Positions 19,894 to 30,007 are shown, numbered from the stretch's first letter. The stretch is 64,000 nt of DNA from Vicinamibacterales bacterium (GCA_965263195.1 OZ253664.1:1763949-1827948), one strand, 5' to 3'. The notes: generated by a model from the letters alone, not told the origin. A program made the numbers and translations.

Positions 19894-22263
19894 ATGATCC
19901 TGAAACACCCGCGCCAGTTGAGCCGCCGCAGCGCCGCGGCGTGCCTCCTTGTCATTGCCGCCGCCGGCAGCGCCGAGGCACAGCTGCTGCCCGGATTCGA
20001 CTTCGACTCGCGGCAGTTCCGCATCGAGCAGGTGGGGGATGACCATTTCCGCCTGATCGGCGAGGTGGAAATCGACGGCGACGGCTATCAGTTCTTCGCG
20101 GACCAGGTCGACCTGTATCCGGCCGAGACGCGGCTGGTGGCCGAGGGCAACGTCGTCTACGTCGGCGACGGCGGCCGCGTGGCCGCCGAGCGGGCGGAGT
20201 TCGACACCGAGGCGCTCACGGCCACCTTCTACGACGCCACCGCGGCGGTGACCCTCGGCGAAGGCGAGGTCGAGCGCAGCATGTTCGGCAACCACGAGCC
20301 GGACATGCAGTTCTACGGCGAGACAATCCAGAAACTCGGCCCGCGCACCTACCGCCTGACCAAGGGCGGCTTCACCAGCTGCCTGCAGCCGACGCCGCGC
20401 TGGCAGATGACGGCCTCCTCGATCACGCTCAACCTGGAGTCGTACGCCCTCCTGCGGAATTCCGTGCTCAAGATCAAGGGGGTGCCGCTGTTCTACCTGC
20501 CGGCCATGTATTTCCCCGTCCAGCAGGATGATCGCGCAACCGGGTTCCTGATGCCCACCTACGGCGCGTCCACCCTGCATGGATCGAGCCTGAGCAATGC
20601 GTTCTTCTGGGCGGTCAACCGCAGCCACGACGCGACGATGTACCACGACTGGTTCACGCAGACCGGCCAGGGCACCGGCGCCGAGTACCGTTACGTGCTG
20701 GGGCAGGGATCCGAGGGCCAGATTCGGACGTACTTTCTGCAGGAGAACGCCACCACTCAGTCGTTCAACGGGATCGAGCGGGAATACCCCGCGCGCCAAA
20801 GCTTCGAAATGCGGGGAGAAGCCCGCTACGGGATTACGGACAGCATCAACGCCCGGGGGCAGGTCAACTATTTTTCCGACGTGACCGTTCAGCAGCAGTA
20901 TCAGACCAGTATCTACGACGCCTCCAACAGCCGGCGCAACATGAGCGGCAACGTCAGCGGCAACTGGGGGCTGTACCAGGTGAGCGGAACGTACGACATG
21001 AACGAGACGTTCTTCGGCGACAGCCGGTCGACCCTCCACGGCGCCGGCCCGCGCATCAAGTTCGACCAGGGCCAGCGCGAGCTCCCGTTCACCCCGTTCT
21101 ACTTTTCCTTTCAGTCGGAGTTCGGGCACCTGCTCCAGCGATCGAGCGTCACGCGCGGCCGCCCGGTCAGCGAGGGCGGCCGCGGTGAGCAGGTCGAGAT
21201 CGCCGACTCGGGTCTCAACCGCTTCGAGTTCGCCCCGATCGTACAGATACCGTTCACCCGCTGGCCGTTCCTCATCATCGATTCGTCGGTCGCCTGGCGC
21301 GGCGCCTTCTGGACCGAGAGCCTCGGCACCGGCGAAGAGTTCGGCATGCAGGTAAACGACGGGATCAGCCGGGGTTACTTCGAGCTGCAGTCGGAGATCA
21401 CCGGTCCGAGCCTCGTCAAGGTATGGGACACGCCGAACAGCACCTTCTCGGAGCGGATGAAGCACGTGATCGAGCCGTGGGTTTCGCTGCAGCGGGTCAC
21501 GGCGGTGGACAATTTCGACCGCATCGTCCAGCTCGAAGGCACCGACTCGGTGCTCGGCAACGTCACGCAGCTCCGCTACGGCATCAACAACCGGCTGTAC
21601 GCCAAGGAACCGCATCCAGACGGCAACGGGCTCGCGCGGGAGATCGTCAGCGTGCAACTGACGCAGAGCTACTACACCGACGCCCGGGCGGCGCAGTACG
21701 ACCGGCGGTTCCGGACCAGCTTCAACAGCACGCCGCCGAGCAACTTCTCACCGCTGTCACTGATCGCGCGCGCCGATCTGACCGAGACGCTGGGCGGTTC
21801 GTTCCGCACCGAGTACGACACGCAGTTCGGGGCGATCCGCACGATCAGCGCGGAGGGATCCTTCGGCTTCCGAGGATGGGCACACGCGGAGGCGGGCTGG
21901 AGCCAGCGCCGGTTCGTGGCGGGCCTGAGCGGCTTCGATGACCCGAGCCGGCTCGACCACTACCTCAACCTGCGCACCAGCTTTCGCACGCCGAGCAACA
22001 ACGTCGGGGTTGCGTACTCGTTCCACTACGACGTGATGCGCAAGCGCTACCTGCAACAGCGGGCGCTGGTCTACTACAACGCGCAGTGCTGCGGCGTGAG
22101 CGGCGAATACGAGGTGTTCAACTTCCAGGGACTCGGCAGCCGGGCGCGCGTGCCGCAGGACCGCCGCTTCCATCTGTCGTTCACGCTGGCCGGGCTGGGG
22201 ACGTTCGCCAATGTCCTCGGCGCCTTCGGCCTGGGCCAGGGAACCGGCCTGAACAACCGCTGA
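19894..22263 (+). CDS. lptD: LPS-assembly outer membrane protein LptD (OstA family)
   Basis: 789 aa with a signal peptide (AACLLVIAAAGSAEA), an OstA-like N-terminal domain and a long beta-barrel-like region rich in alternating aromatic residues. AGGAG lies 4 nt upstream of the ATG. Confidence 0.75.
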   Translation: MILKHPRQLSRRSAAACLLVIAAAGSAEAQLLPGFDFDSRQFRIEQVGDDHFRLIGEVEIDGDGYQFFADQVDLYPAETRLVAEGNVVYVGDGGRVAAERAEFDTEALTATFYDATAAVTLGEGEVERSMFGNHEPDMQFYGETIQKLGPRTYRLTKGGFTSCLQPTPRWQMTASSITLNLESYALLRNSVLKIKGVPLFYLPAMYFPVQQDDRATGFLMPTYGASTLHGSSLSNAFFWAVNRSHDATMYHDWFTQTGQGTGAEYRYVLGQGSEGQIRTYFLQENATTQSFNGIEREYPARQSFEMRGEARYGITDSINARGQVNYFSDVTVQQQYQTSIYDASNSRRNMSGNVSGNWGLYQVSGTYDMNETFFGDSRSTLHGAGPRIKFDQGQRELPFTPFYFSFQSEFGHLLQRSSVTRGRPVSEGGRGEQVEIADSGLNRFEFAPIVQIPFTRWPFLIIDSSVAWRGAFWTESLGTGEEFGMQVNDGISRGYFELQSEITGPSLVKVWDTPNSTFSERMKHVIEPWVSLQRVTAVDNFDRIVQLEGTDSVLGNVTQLRYGINNRLYAKEPHPDGNGLAREIVSVQLTQSYYTDARAAQYDRRFRTSFNSTPPSNFSPLSLIARADLTETLGGSFRTEYDTQFGAIRTISAEGSFGFRGWAHAEAGWSQRRFVAGLSGFDDPSRLDHYLNLRTSFRTPSNNVGVAYSFHYDVMRKRYLQQRALVYYNAQCCGVSGEYEVFNFQGLGSRARVPQDRRFHLSFTLAGLGTFANVLGAFGLGQGTGLNNR

Positions 22264-22288
22264 AGGGGCTGAACCTCCGCGTCGGCCA

Positions 22289-23431
22289 CTAGAAAAGGGA
22301 CGCGTACGCGTCCAACGTCCGGCGCGCAGCCGTCTCCCACGTGAATTGCCGGGCGCGGGCGATGCCCTCGCGCCGCAGGCGCTCACGAAGCGGCTCGTCC
22401 CGCAGCACCCGGGCGATCGTGGCAGCCATCTCATCGACATCGAGGGGATCGACGAGCAGCGCCGCACCGCCCGCCACCTCGGGCATGGCCGAGGTGTTCG
22501 AAGTGACGACCGGCACGCCGCACGCCATGGCCTCGAGCACTGGCAAACCGAATCCCTCGTACAGCGATGGAAACGCGACCAGCTCGGCCCCGCGGTACAC
22601 GGCCGGCAGGTCGTCGTCGTCAATGAACCCCGGAAAACAGACGACATCCTCCAGCCCCAGCGACCGGACGGTCTGATAGATGGGATCGTCAAGCCAACCG
22701 CGCGCGCCGGCGAGGACGAGCCCCGGCGTCGGTTCGCATTCGGCGGTGTCACGCAGGCGAGCGAAGGCGCGCAGAAGAGTGGTCAGGTTCTTGCGCGGCT
22801 CCAGTGTGCCCACGGCCAGCACATAGCGCGACGGTAAGCCGAGCCTGGCCGCCACGGCGCGGAACGCCGTCTCGTCCGCCGCTGGCTGGAAACGCGGTCC
22901 GCACCCGTGAGGTATGACCACCACGCGGTCCTCGCGGACGCCAAGGTGTTCCACCACGTCGCGTTCGACGGCACGCGAAGGCACGATGACGAGGTCGGCC
23001 TTCCGCCGGACACGGGCCAGCGCCAACCTGACGATCGCGCGATGCCGGGGGGTGAAGGTGTGGGGCAGAATCAGCGGGATCAGGTCGTGAACCGTGACGA
23101 CGTATTTGCCCCTCCGGCCGATGAACGGGATGCCGACGTGGTCCATGCCGTGAAAAATGTCGATGTGCATGCGGCGGAGAGCTGCCGGGATGAACGCCAG
23201 CGACCGGAGAACACTGCTTTTCGCGTTCAGGAAACGTTCATCGCACAAGCCGCGAAACTCCTCCATGACGGCGGGGGATGTCTGCGGACCGCTGAGAATG
23301 GTGAATTCCAGATCAGGGTGGCGCGCGGACGCCTCGGCGAGCATCGCCCTCGTCAGGTCGATGGCGTAGCGCCCGATACCGCCGGCCCGGAGGGTCAGCA
23401 GCTTTCCGTCGAGCCCGATTCTCACGCACAT
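22289..23431 (-). CDS. glycosyltransferase family 4 (GT-B, group 1)
   Basis: The ATG at 23431 gives MCVRIGLDGKLL.. (380 aa) with the GT4 C-terminal signature (FPSLYEGFGLPVLEAMACGVPVVTSN). The track ORF extends to 24046 only by running into the upstream gene. Confidence 0.85.
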   Translation of the reverse strand: MCVRIGLDGKLLTLRAGGIGRYAIDLTRAMLAEASARHPDLEFTILSGPQTSPAVMEEFRGLCDERFLNAKSSVLRSLAFIPAALRRMHIDIFHGMDHVGIPFIGRRGKYVVTVHDLIPLILPHTFTPRHRAIVRLALARVRRKADLVIVPSRAVERDVVEHLGVREDRVVVIPHGCGPRFQPAADETAFRAVAARLGLPSRYVLAVGTLEPRKNLTTLLRAFARLRDTAECEPTPGLVLAGARGWLDDPIYQTVRSLGLEDVVCFPGFIDDDDLPAVYRGAELVAFPSLYEGFGLPVLEAMACGVPVVTSNTSAMPEVAGGAALLVDPLDVDEMAATIARVLRDEPLRERLRREGIARARQFTWETAARRTLDAYASLF

Positions 23432-23465
23432 CCCCCGGCCGACGCGGCCATCAGTTGGAACTGCA

Positions 23466-25196
23466 TCAGTAGGCGCCCAGTCGATCGAACCAGACCTTAC
23501 CTTCCGCGGCGAATTCGTCAGTGCCAGGGTCGATATGGAAAACCAGCCCCACGACGCGGCGAAGGTCGAGCTTGCGGTCGACGTTGTTGCCGGCCGGGTG
23601 TAGACGCTCGAAGGGAATCGCCTGGCGGCGCCACGCGGTCGACGTGCGGACGGACGACAGCCACCAGTCCGGTTCATCGCCGACCTGGCCAGGTCGTTCT
23701 TCCCAGAGCCCCACCCATACGCGGTACACCCCGTCCGCCCTGATGTCGAAGACGAGTCCGGAATCGCGGGACAAGTCCCGGCGGGACCGATCGACGAGCG
23801 CACCCCAGATGGCGGAACGATCCGGCCTGGGCTCCGCGAAGCGAAAGTGGAGCCGCGCGGCGGCAGCCCCGGGGATGCGCTCGCTGGCGACCCGCACCTC
23901 GGGATTGACCCACGTCCCTGCATCCGATTCCGCGGCGAGCGCGGACTCTCGTTCGAAAGCGTCCAGATTCCGTGCAAGCGCCGGCAAGGGGGGCTCGGCC
24001 GGCCATGCGGCCCGGCGCGCGCGGACGGCCGCCTCGGCGGCCCCATAGACGTAGATCGGGTTGGACAGTACCCAGGGAATATCCCATCCCTCTATACCGA
24101 CCTCTATGCGGTAGGCGCCGGGTTCGCGGGCCGGGAACTCCAGCCTGCCGCGCCCATCCGCGACGCGTTTCCCGTCGCGGTAGAGCTCGATGCGCGCTCC
24201 GCGCGGCAGACGTCCGCCGGCGCGCAGCAGCAGATCCGGCGCGGGCGGGACCGTGTCCCCCATGCGCCAGGTCTCGTTGCCTCGAGCTGCATGGAAAAAG
24301 AACCCGTCGGCCGCTGCGAGCGCCTCCATGGCCATGTAGGAACGGCCATGAGCCAGGGCGTCGCGCACCTCGCCAGCGTCACGCGCAGGGTCCCCCGTAA
24401 GTGCGGAGTCGAGCACGGCGTAGGTTTGGAGCACGCGAAACAGACTGCTGTACGACGGGAACTCGGGCAGGTATTCATGCTGCCCAACGAGACTGCCGTG
24501 CGCGTCAACGCCGGCGATTCCGGCGACGTCGCGGCGACCCAGCAACGTGTCCCAGCGCGCGAGCGCCGCGCTCGGCCGGTCGAGACCGTGCGCAAGGGCA
24601 AAGACCGGGTTGACCGGATACGCAGCCAGTCCGCCCAGCAGCGCGGGCCACGACGCCCGCCGCCACAGACTGTCCATGTTGAGCACCTCCAGACCCCAGG
24701 GTCCGTCGAGCTCCCAGCCGCTCCACGCGAGTGCGTCGCGCGGGCTGGCCGGGTGTGCGGCGAACGCCGCGCCGCCGAGATGGCGCACGTCATCGAGCGC
24801 GTCCGGCGCATCCGGCGCAAAGGGGAATGTGGACGGCTGCATGCCCAAGCCGAGGAGGTGACCCTGGTGCGTCGAGAGCTCCGCTCCTGCCAGCACCAGC
24901 ATCCCGTCCGAGTATTCCGCGATCGAGCGGGCGGCTCCATTGGTGTTGTGGTCGGTGATGACGAGAAAGGACAGCCCGGCTTCACGGCCGGCCTGCACGA
25001 CGTCCGCGGGGCTGCTCGTACCGTCCGAGAGCGTGGTGTGCACGTGCAGCGCGCCGGCGATGCGCACCAGTCCATCGCGCGGCGGCTCGCCGTCAAGTGG
25101 CGGCGGCCGCCAGACCAGCCCCGTGCCGACCCACAGCGCCAGCGGTACCGCGATGGCCGTCACCACCAGCAACGGCAGCCGCCGTCGGCGAATCAC
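23466..25196 (-). CDS. PHP-domain (CehA/McbA-like) metal-dependent phosphoesterase with a C-terminal beta-sandwich-like domain; membrane-anchored
   Basis: N-terminal anchor MIRRRRLPLLVVTAIAVPLALWV and the PHP motif ALHVHTTLSDGTSSP..FLVITDHN. The ~150-aa C-terminal domain has uncertain family assignment and may be carbohydrate-binding or CIA30-like. Confidence 0.7.
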   Translation of the reverse strand: MIRRRRLPLLVVTAIAVPLALWVGTGLVWRPPPLDGEPPRDGLVRIAGALHVHTTLSDGTSSPADVVQAGREAGLSFLVITDHNTNGAARSIAEYSDGMLVLAGAELSTHQGHLLGLGMQPSTFPFAPDAPDALDDVRHLGGAAFAAHPASPRDALAWSGWELDGPWGLEVLNMDSLWRRASWPALLGGLAAYPVNPVFALAHGLDRPSAALARWDTLLGRRDVAGIAGVDAHGSLVGQHEYLPEFPSYSSLFRVLQTYAVLDSALTGDPARDAGEVRDALAHGRSYMAMEALAAADGFFFHAARGNETWRMGDTVPPAPDLLLRAGGRLPRGARIELYRDGKRVADGRGRLEFPAREPGAYRIEVGIEGWDIPWVLSNPIYVYGAAEAAVRARRAAWPAEPPLPALARNLDAFERESALAAESDAGTWVNPEVRVASERIPGAAAARLHFRFAEPRPDRSAIWGALVDRSRRDLSRDSGLVFDIRADGVYRVWVGLWEERPGQVGDEPDWWLSSVRTSTAWRRQAIPFERLHPAGNNVDRKLDLRRVVGLVFHIDPGTDEFAAEGKVWFDRLGAY

Positions 25197-25283
25197 CCGC
25201 TCACCCGATCATGAGGTAACATCGCGTCGGTCTACGCCTCACTGGCCCCGTGTGGACGATTCTCCGCCAGCACGCACAGGTCG

Positions 25284-26672
25284 ATGGTACCCCCTCCGGA
25301 GCCACCCAGTCTCCCAACGCCGCCGCGGAGCCCCGGCAGATCGAAGAAGGCGCCAAGGGTGTTCCGCACGCTCGGGAGATTGCTCGCCGCGGCGGGCAAG
25401 GGAGCGCATCGCGCCGCACTGACCGGATTCCCGCTGGCGTGGCCCACCCCGCGGCGGGTCGCCGCCACCTGGCGCTGGGTGCGGCAAGTCGCGGCCGGCA
25501 TCGTGCGCCGCCGCCAGGAGGATGGCCTGACGGTGGCCGTAGACATCTCGCCGCTGTTCGAACCGCTGACCGGCGTCGGATGGTACCTCCACGAATTGTT
25601 GCACCAACTCGCCGACCGACCCGGGCTTCGCTTCAGACTCTACGGCCCGTCGATGTTCATGCGTCCCGACGCTCCGCAGCCGGTCATTACGCTCGCTGAC
25701 GGACGCGCCGTCGAATGGGTCAGGCACGAGCTACCCGACGACCTTCTCGTGAGACGCCCCTGGCTGGCGCTGCTGCTGCGCAGCATCGAGCCGTGGCTGG
25801 TCGCCGCGGAGCGCAACGACGTGCTGTTCGCCCCCAACTTCGTTCTGCCGTGGCAGCTCACCGTATCGCGGCGACCGTTGGTGGTAATGGTGCACGACAT
25901 GACCCTGCTCCGTACATCGTGGGCGATGCAGGAAGAGACCCGCGCGGCACTCGAAGAGAATCTGGAACGGACGATCGTCCGCGCACGCGCCATCCTCACG
26001 CCTTCGGAAACCGTCCGAACGGAGCTTCTCGAAGGCCGGGACGTGGTGCAGGACGCCGTGCACGTCACGCATGAAGCCAGCCGGCTGGACGGGGTCGCGC
26101 TCGGCGAGCTGCCGCCAGCTGTACCTGAGCGCTTTGTCCTGCACGTCGGCACGATCGAACCGCGCAAGAATGTGGCGATCCTGCTGTCCGCCTGGCCCCG
26201 ACTGCGGGCCGTGATGCCGGACGCGCCGCCGCTCGTACTGTGCGGGAAGCTGGGCTGGCAGCACGCGTCGATCGAAGACGACCTGGCCCGGGCGTCGGCC
26301 GAGGGCTGGCTCATATGCCTCGGCTACGCGCCTGACGAGGTGGTGCGCTGCCTTTACGTTCGCGCGGACGCGGTCGTCTGCCCGTCCGTCTATGAAGGCT
26401 TCGGACTGCCGCTGGTGGAGGCGATGGCCGCAGGGGCGCCGCTCGTCTGCAGCGACATTCCGGTGTTCAGGGAGGTAGCCGCGGACGCGGCGCTCTTCGT
26501 CCCGACCCACGATGACGCCGAGTGGGCGGCGGCGCTGGCGCGGGTGCTCTCGGACCCGGAGACGGCGCGGAATCTGCGGACCCGGGGTACCGCGCGCAGC
26601 CGCGATTTCAACTGGCGGCGCACGGCGGACAGGACTCTCGCGGTCTGGTCCAACGTCGCGGCAGCGGAGTGA
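25284..26672 (+). CDS. glycosyltransferase family 4 (GT-B, group 1); start uncertain
   Basis: GT4 body starts near LTVAVDISPLFEPLTGVGWY, and the C-terminal signature is PSVYEGFGLPLVEAMAAGAPLVCSD. Alternative starts are GTG 25359 and GTG 25533. Third-codon-position GC stays high from about 25300, so an N-terminal extension is possible. Confidence 0.8.
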   Translation: MVPPPEPPSLPTPPRSPGRSKKAPRVFRTLGRLLAAAGKGAHRAALTGFPLAWPTPRRVAATWRWVRQVAAGIVRRRQEDGLTVAVDISPLFEPLTGVGWYLHELLHQLADRPGLRFRLYGPSMFMRPDAPQPVITLADGRAVEWVRHELPDDLLVRRPWLALLLRSIEPWLVAAERNDVLFAPNFVLPWQLTVSRRPLVVMVHDMTLLRTSWAMQEETRAALEENLERTIVRARAILTPSETVRTELLEGRDVVQDAVHVTHEASRLDGVALGELPPAVPERFVLHVGTIEPRKNVAILLSAWPRLRAVMPDAPPLVLCGKLGWQHASIEDDLARASAEGWLICLGYAPDEVVRCLYVRADAVVCPSVYEGFGLPLVEAMAAGAPLVCSDIPVFREVAADAALFVPTHDDAEWAAALARVLSDPETARNLRTRGTARSRDFNWRRTADRTLAVWSNVAAAE

Positions 26673-26761
26673 GATCACGTTGGCGCCCGACCCGCTGCCC
26701 TTGCGGGTTCTGCCCGGCCTGACATCCAAACCCGGCGGCGGGCACACGATGGAGAACGTGC

Positions 26762-26790
26762 TTGACACTGCCGCTTCTCCCGCGCATGAT
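26762..26790 (+). promoter_or_regulatory. sigma70-like promoter (TTGACA-17 nt-CATGAT) for the radical-SAM gene
   Basis: TTGACA at 26762-26767, 17-nt spacer, CATGAT at 26785-26790. It lies about 22 nt upstream of the ATG at 26813. Confidence 0.5.
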
Positions 26791-26812
26791 ATGGCGAATA
26801 AAAGACGAAAAC

Positions 26813-27765
26813 ATGCGCACTGCCGCCCACATCCCCGCTTCGTTGCTCGATTCGCCGCAGTTGCCGACCGTGCGGGAGGTCGCCCTCTGGCGCCGGGAAC
26901 ACGGCAGCGGCGCGCTGCCGGGTGCTGTGCGGCGCGGGGACGGCGCCGCCTATCAGGAGGTCATCTGCCGTTCCGCACTCAACCGGGTGCAGGGTATGCC
27001 GTTCGCCTGGACGCTCAACCCGTATCGCGGCTGCACCCACGGCTGCCACTACTGCTTCGCGCGGCGGTATCAGTCGCAGCTCGAAATGGATGCGGGCGGC
27101 GAGTTCTCTTCCGTCATCCTGGTCAAGGTCAATTTTCCGGACGTGCTGCGGCGCGAGCTGATCCGCAAACCGCGGCCTGGCGAGCGGGCGGCATTCGGCA
27201 CGGCAACGGATCCGTATCAGCCTATCGAGGGAAGCTACCGGCTGACGCGGCGCAGCCTGGAAGCACTGGTCGAGCGTCCGATGCGCATCGACCTGGTCAC
27301 CCGCGGTCCGCTGGTCGTCCGTGACACCGACCTGCTTGTCGAACTGTCACGCAGGTTCGCCTGTACGGTCAGCATCAGCGTGCCGACCACGGACGAGGAG
27401 GCCTGGAAGCGTCTGGAGCCGGGCACGGCGCACCCGCTGCAACGGCTGCGCGCGCTGAGGACGCTGGCGGCCGCCGGCGTCGACGCCGGCGTGCTGATGG
27501 CGCCTATCGTGCCCGGCATCAGCTCGGCGCCGGGAAACACCCCACGGCGGGTTATGCGGAGCAGGTGCTGTCAATGCTGGGCGGGCTGCAAGCGCGCTTC
27601 GGACTCACGCGGCGGCCCTACAGGCGACCCGCTGCCGCCGCTGCGGGGGGCGGACGACCGGCACAGCCGACGTGGCGGCAGCGACGGCTCGACTGGAGCG
27701 ATTCGCCGCTTACGCGGGCTGGAGCAGACGCTCGATCCGCTGCTCGGTCGGCGGGTGCGTGCTGA
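26813..27765 (+). pseudogene. radical SAM protein (COG1533/SplB-like 'DNA photolyase-like' family), apparently frameshifted and internally shortened
   Basis: Frame A reads ..LNPYRGCTHGCHYCFARRY (the CxxxCxxC motif) ..GTATDPYQPIE..APIVPGISS and then degenerates into Arg/Cys-rich nonsense after about 27530. A plausible C-terminal piece (YAEQVLSMLGGLQARFGL) continues in a different frame (27565..27765). The 602-aa track ORF is an artefact that runs on as the antisense of htpX. Confidence 0.55.
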
Positions 27766-28549
27766 ACAGCGCCTTCATCCCGCGGCCGGCAAACGGCTTC
27801 ATGATGAACATGTGCGCCGTCGCCGGATTGGCGTCGAGCGGCACCCGGCGGGCGGCCGCGTCGATCTTGCGCAGGGCGTCGGCGAGGCCGTACGGACTGC
27901 CGACGATCTGCGCCGCGCGGCGGTCCGCGGCAAACTCCCGGGAGCGGGAAATGGCCATCTGAATCATCGTCGCCGCCAAAGGCGCCAGGATCGCCATGGC
28001 CAGCATGGCCAGCGGATTCCCGTCGTCGCCGTCGTCGCGGCCACCGAATCCGCCGAATATGAACGCCCAGCGCGCCATGCTGGCGACCATCATGATGGTG
28101 GCCGCGACCGTGGCGGCAATCGAGCCAATCAGGATGTCGCGGTGCTTGACGTGCGCCAGTTCGTGGGCGATCACCCCTTCGAGCTCACGCTCGCTGAGCA
28201 GGCGCAGGATCCCCTCGGTGGCCGCAACCGCGGCATGATTCGGATTGCGCCCCGTCGCGAACGCGTTCGGGGAGGCATCCGGGATGACGTAGACACGGGG
28301 CATCGGCAGGTCGGCCTGCTGCGCAAGCCGGGCGGTCATCCGATGCAGCGGATGCTCGGGACCGACCTCGCCCGCCTTGTACATCCGGAGGACGACCTTG
28401 TCGGAAAACCAGTACGAACCGAAGTTCATGATGATCGCGAACGCAAACGCGATCATCAGCCCCACCTGTCCGCCGAGCAACTCGCCGATGAACAGCAGCA
28501 ACCCGCTGAGCAGGGTCAACAGCAGCGCCGTCTTGAAGGCGTTTCCCAT
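27710..28549 (-). CDS. htpX: zinc metalloprotease HtpX (M48 family)
   Basis: 279 aa with [10 protein letters not shown] (the HExxH motif), four TM segments and typical HtpX ends. Confidence 0.92.
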   Translation of the reverse strand: MGNAFKTALLLTLLSGLLLFIGELLGGQVGLMIAFAFAIIMNFGSYWFSDKVVLRMYKAGEVGPEHPLHRMTARLAQQADLPMPRVYVIPDASPNAFATGRNPNHAAVAATEGILRLLSERELEGVIAHELAHVKHRDILIGSIAATVAATIMMVASMARWAFIFGGFGGRDDGDDGNPLAMLAMAILAPLAATMIQMAISRSREFAADRRAAQIVGSPYGLADALRKIDAAARRVPLDANPATAHMFIMKPFAGRGMKALFSTHPPTEQRIERLLQPA

Positions 28550-28574
28550 GGATTCTGTCAGTTGGACTGATCTC

Positions 28575-29841
28575 TCATTCTAGCCCAAGTTTAACAACGG
28601 CATAGTCAAGACGTTTTAGAATCAGTAGTTTACGCCGACGGGATGGCGCAAGTGGCACTACAAACGCGGGTCGACCCGGGAATGGGTCGGTCAGATGATC
28701 GTCTTGCGGGCGCAGGCCGAGCTCGGACTTGAGCGAGCGGAAGACGGCTTCGACGTCGGTGAGCGTGGTGTAGGTGCGCCACAAGGCGTCTTCGTCCCAG
28801 TCGGTCTCGCTGCTGCGCAGGCAGTAGACGCCGGGATGGGTGGCCATCGAGCCGTCATGAGGGCGGCGGGTCCAGGTGACGGCGACGGCCTTCTCGCCGG
28901 CCTCGTCGGGGGCGACGGCGATCTGGTAGTGCGCGGCGACGCGGGAGTGTTGTGCCTTCAAGCGCCCGATACGCTGCCAGATGCACGGTCTGCTTCGACT
29001 GCGTGCGGACCGACACGGCGGCATCGGCATCGAACTGCCGGTGGCGTTCCCGGCTGACGACCAGGTAGCGGTAGCCGTGCTGGCGCAACCACGTGATGCA
29101 GGCGTCTCGGTGGCGACGCCGCGGTCCATCACCACCAGGGCGCCGGCCGGCGCGTGAAGCGCCTCGAGCATGCCGGCCAGCGTCCGGTGCTCGCGGACGT
29201 TGCCGGCGAAGAGTTGCGAGCGGCGCACGAAGCCGCTGGCGTCGAGCATGAGCCCCAGGGTCAACAACGGGCAGTCACTGCGCTTCTCTTTCGAGTGCCC
29301 GCGCTGTGCCTGCGGTTGCTCGCTCGCCTCGCCCTCGAAATAGGTGTTGGTCAGGTCGTAGAGGGTCACGGTCGGCTGCAGGTCGAACAGCCCCAGGGCC
29401 CGGTCGAACAGGTGCGCCTCGACCGCCTCGCGATGCTTCACCAACGCGTCCGAGGCGCGGTACAGCTGCATCGCGCTGACCGTCTCGAAGTCGACGCCGA
29501 GCAACTCTCCGAGGCCGCTGCACGTCTGTCGGTCCGGCGGCCGTCCCGTCCCCCGGTGCGCCGCGGGCGACCAACTGCGCGGCGATGCGCTGCGCCTCGT
29601 GTTCGACGGCGGACGGGCAATCGGCCACCAGGGGCGCTTGGCCGGACAAGACGTCGTCGATGCGGGTGCACAACAGCGGCCACTGTGCCCGGGGGATGTC
29701 GAAGTGGCGCCCGAAATTGAGCAGCGTGCGCTGACGGACGGTGTTTCCGACGCGCTCGGAGTGGACGAGGCGATGGGAGAAGTAGGGCTGTCCGTCCTCG
29801 GTGCGGCGGGTTTGGGTGCGCCGAACGAACATACGCCCCAC
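28575..29841 (-). pseudogene. IS1634-family DDE transposase, multiple frameshifts and a C-terminal deletion
   Basis: Three fragments are visible:
- N-terminal piece in the 29275..29841 ORF: MGRMFVRRTQTRRTEDGQPYFSHRLVHSERVGNTVRQRTLLNFGRHF.
- Middle piece in the 28575..29897 ORF: LYDLTNTYFEGEA..KEKRSDCPLLTLGLMLDASGF..VMDRGVATE.
- A third frame (28855..29088): LRQHGYRYLVVSRE.
The C-terminus breaks off after ..LGLRPQDDHL. Confidence 0.8.
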
Positions 29842-30007
29842 GATAGCGGGTGGACCTGTTCCAGCGAAACCCGGCCTATGCGATTATGGCACTGCATCGT
29901 GCGCGACCAAACCCCGAACCTGTGGAATCAATAACTTGCAGAGATGAGACGCTCGAAATGCCGCCCAAATCGGCAAAATGCCCGGCCATCTTGTTAAACA
30001 TGGGCTA
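28580..30007 (-). mobile_element. decayed IS1634-like (IS4-superfamily) insertion sequence with intact terminal inverted repeats
   Basis: Left end is CTAGCCCAAGTTTAACAA (28580-28597). The right end, CTTGTTAAACATGGGCTAG (29989-30007), reverse-complements to CTAGCCCATGTTTAACAAG, matching 17 of 18 positions. The interior holds transposase fragments in at least 3 frames. Confidence 0.8.

Noticed and set aside
23432-24046. N-terminal 205-aa extension of the GT4 ORF (22289..24046).
   Set aside because: The extension overlaps the well-supported PHP-domain gene in another frame and is Pro/Arg/Ser-rich. The ATG at 23431 gives a canonical GT4 N-terminus.
26762-28570. 602-aa ORF that would be the largest protein in this region.
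   Set aside because: It is a chimera. The first ~250 aa are a radical-SAM protein. The rest is the stop-free antisense of htpX, with nonsense composition.
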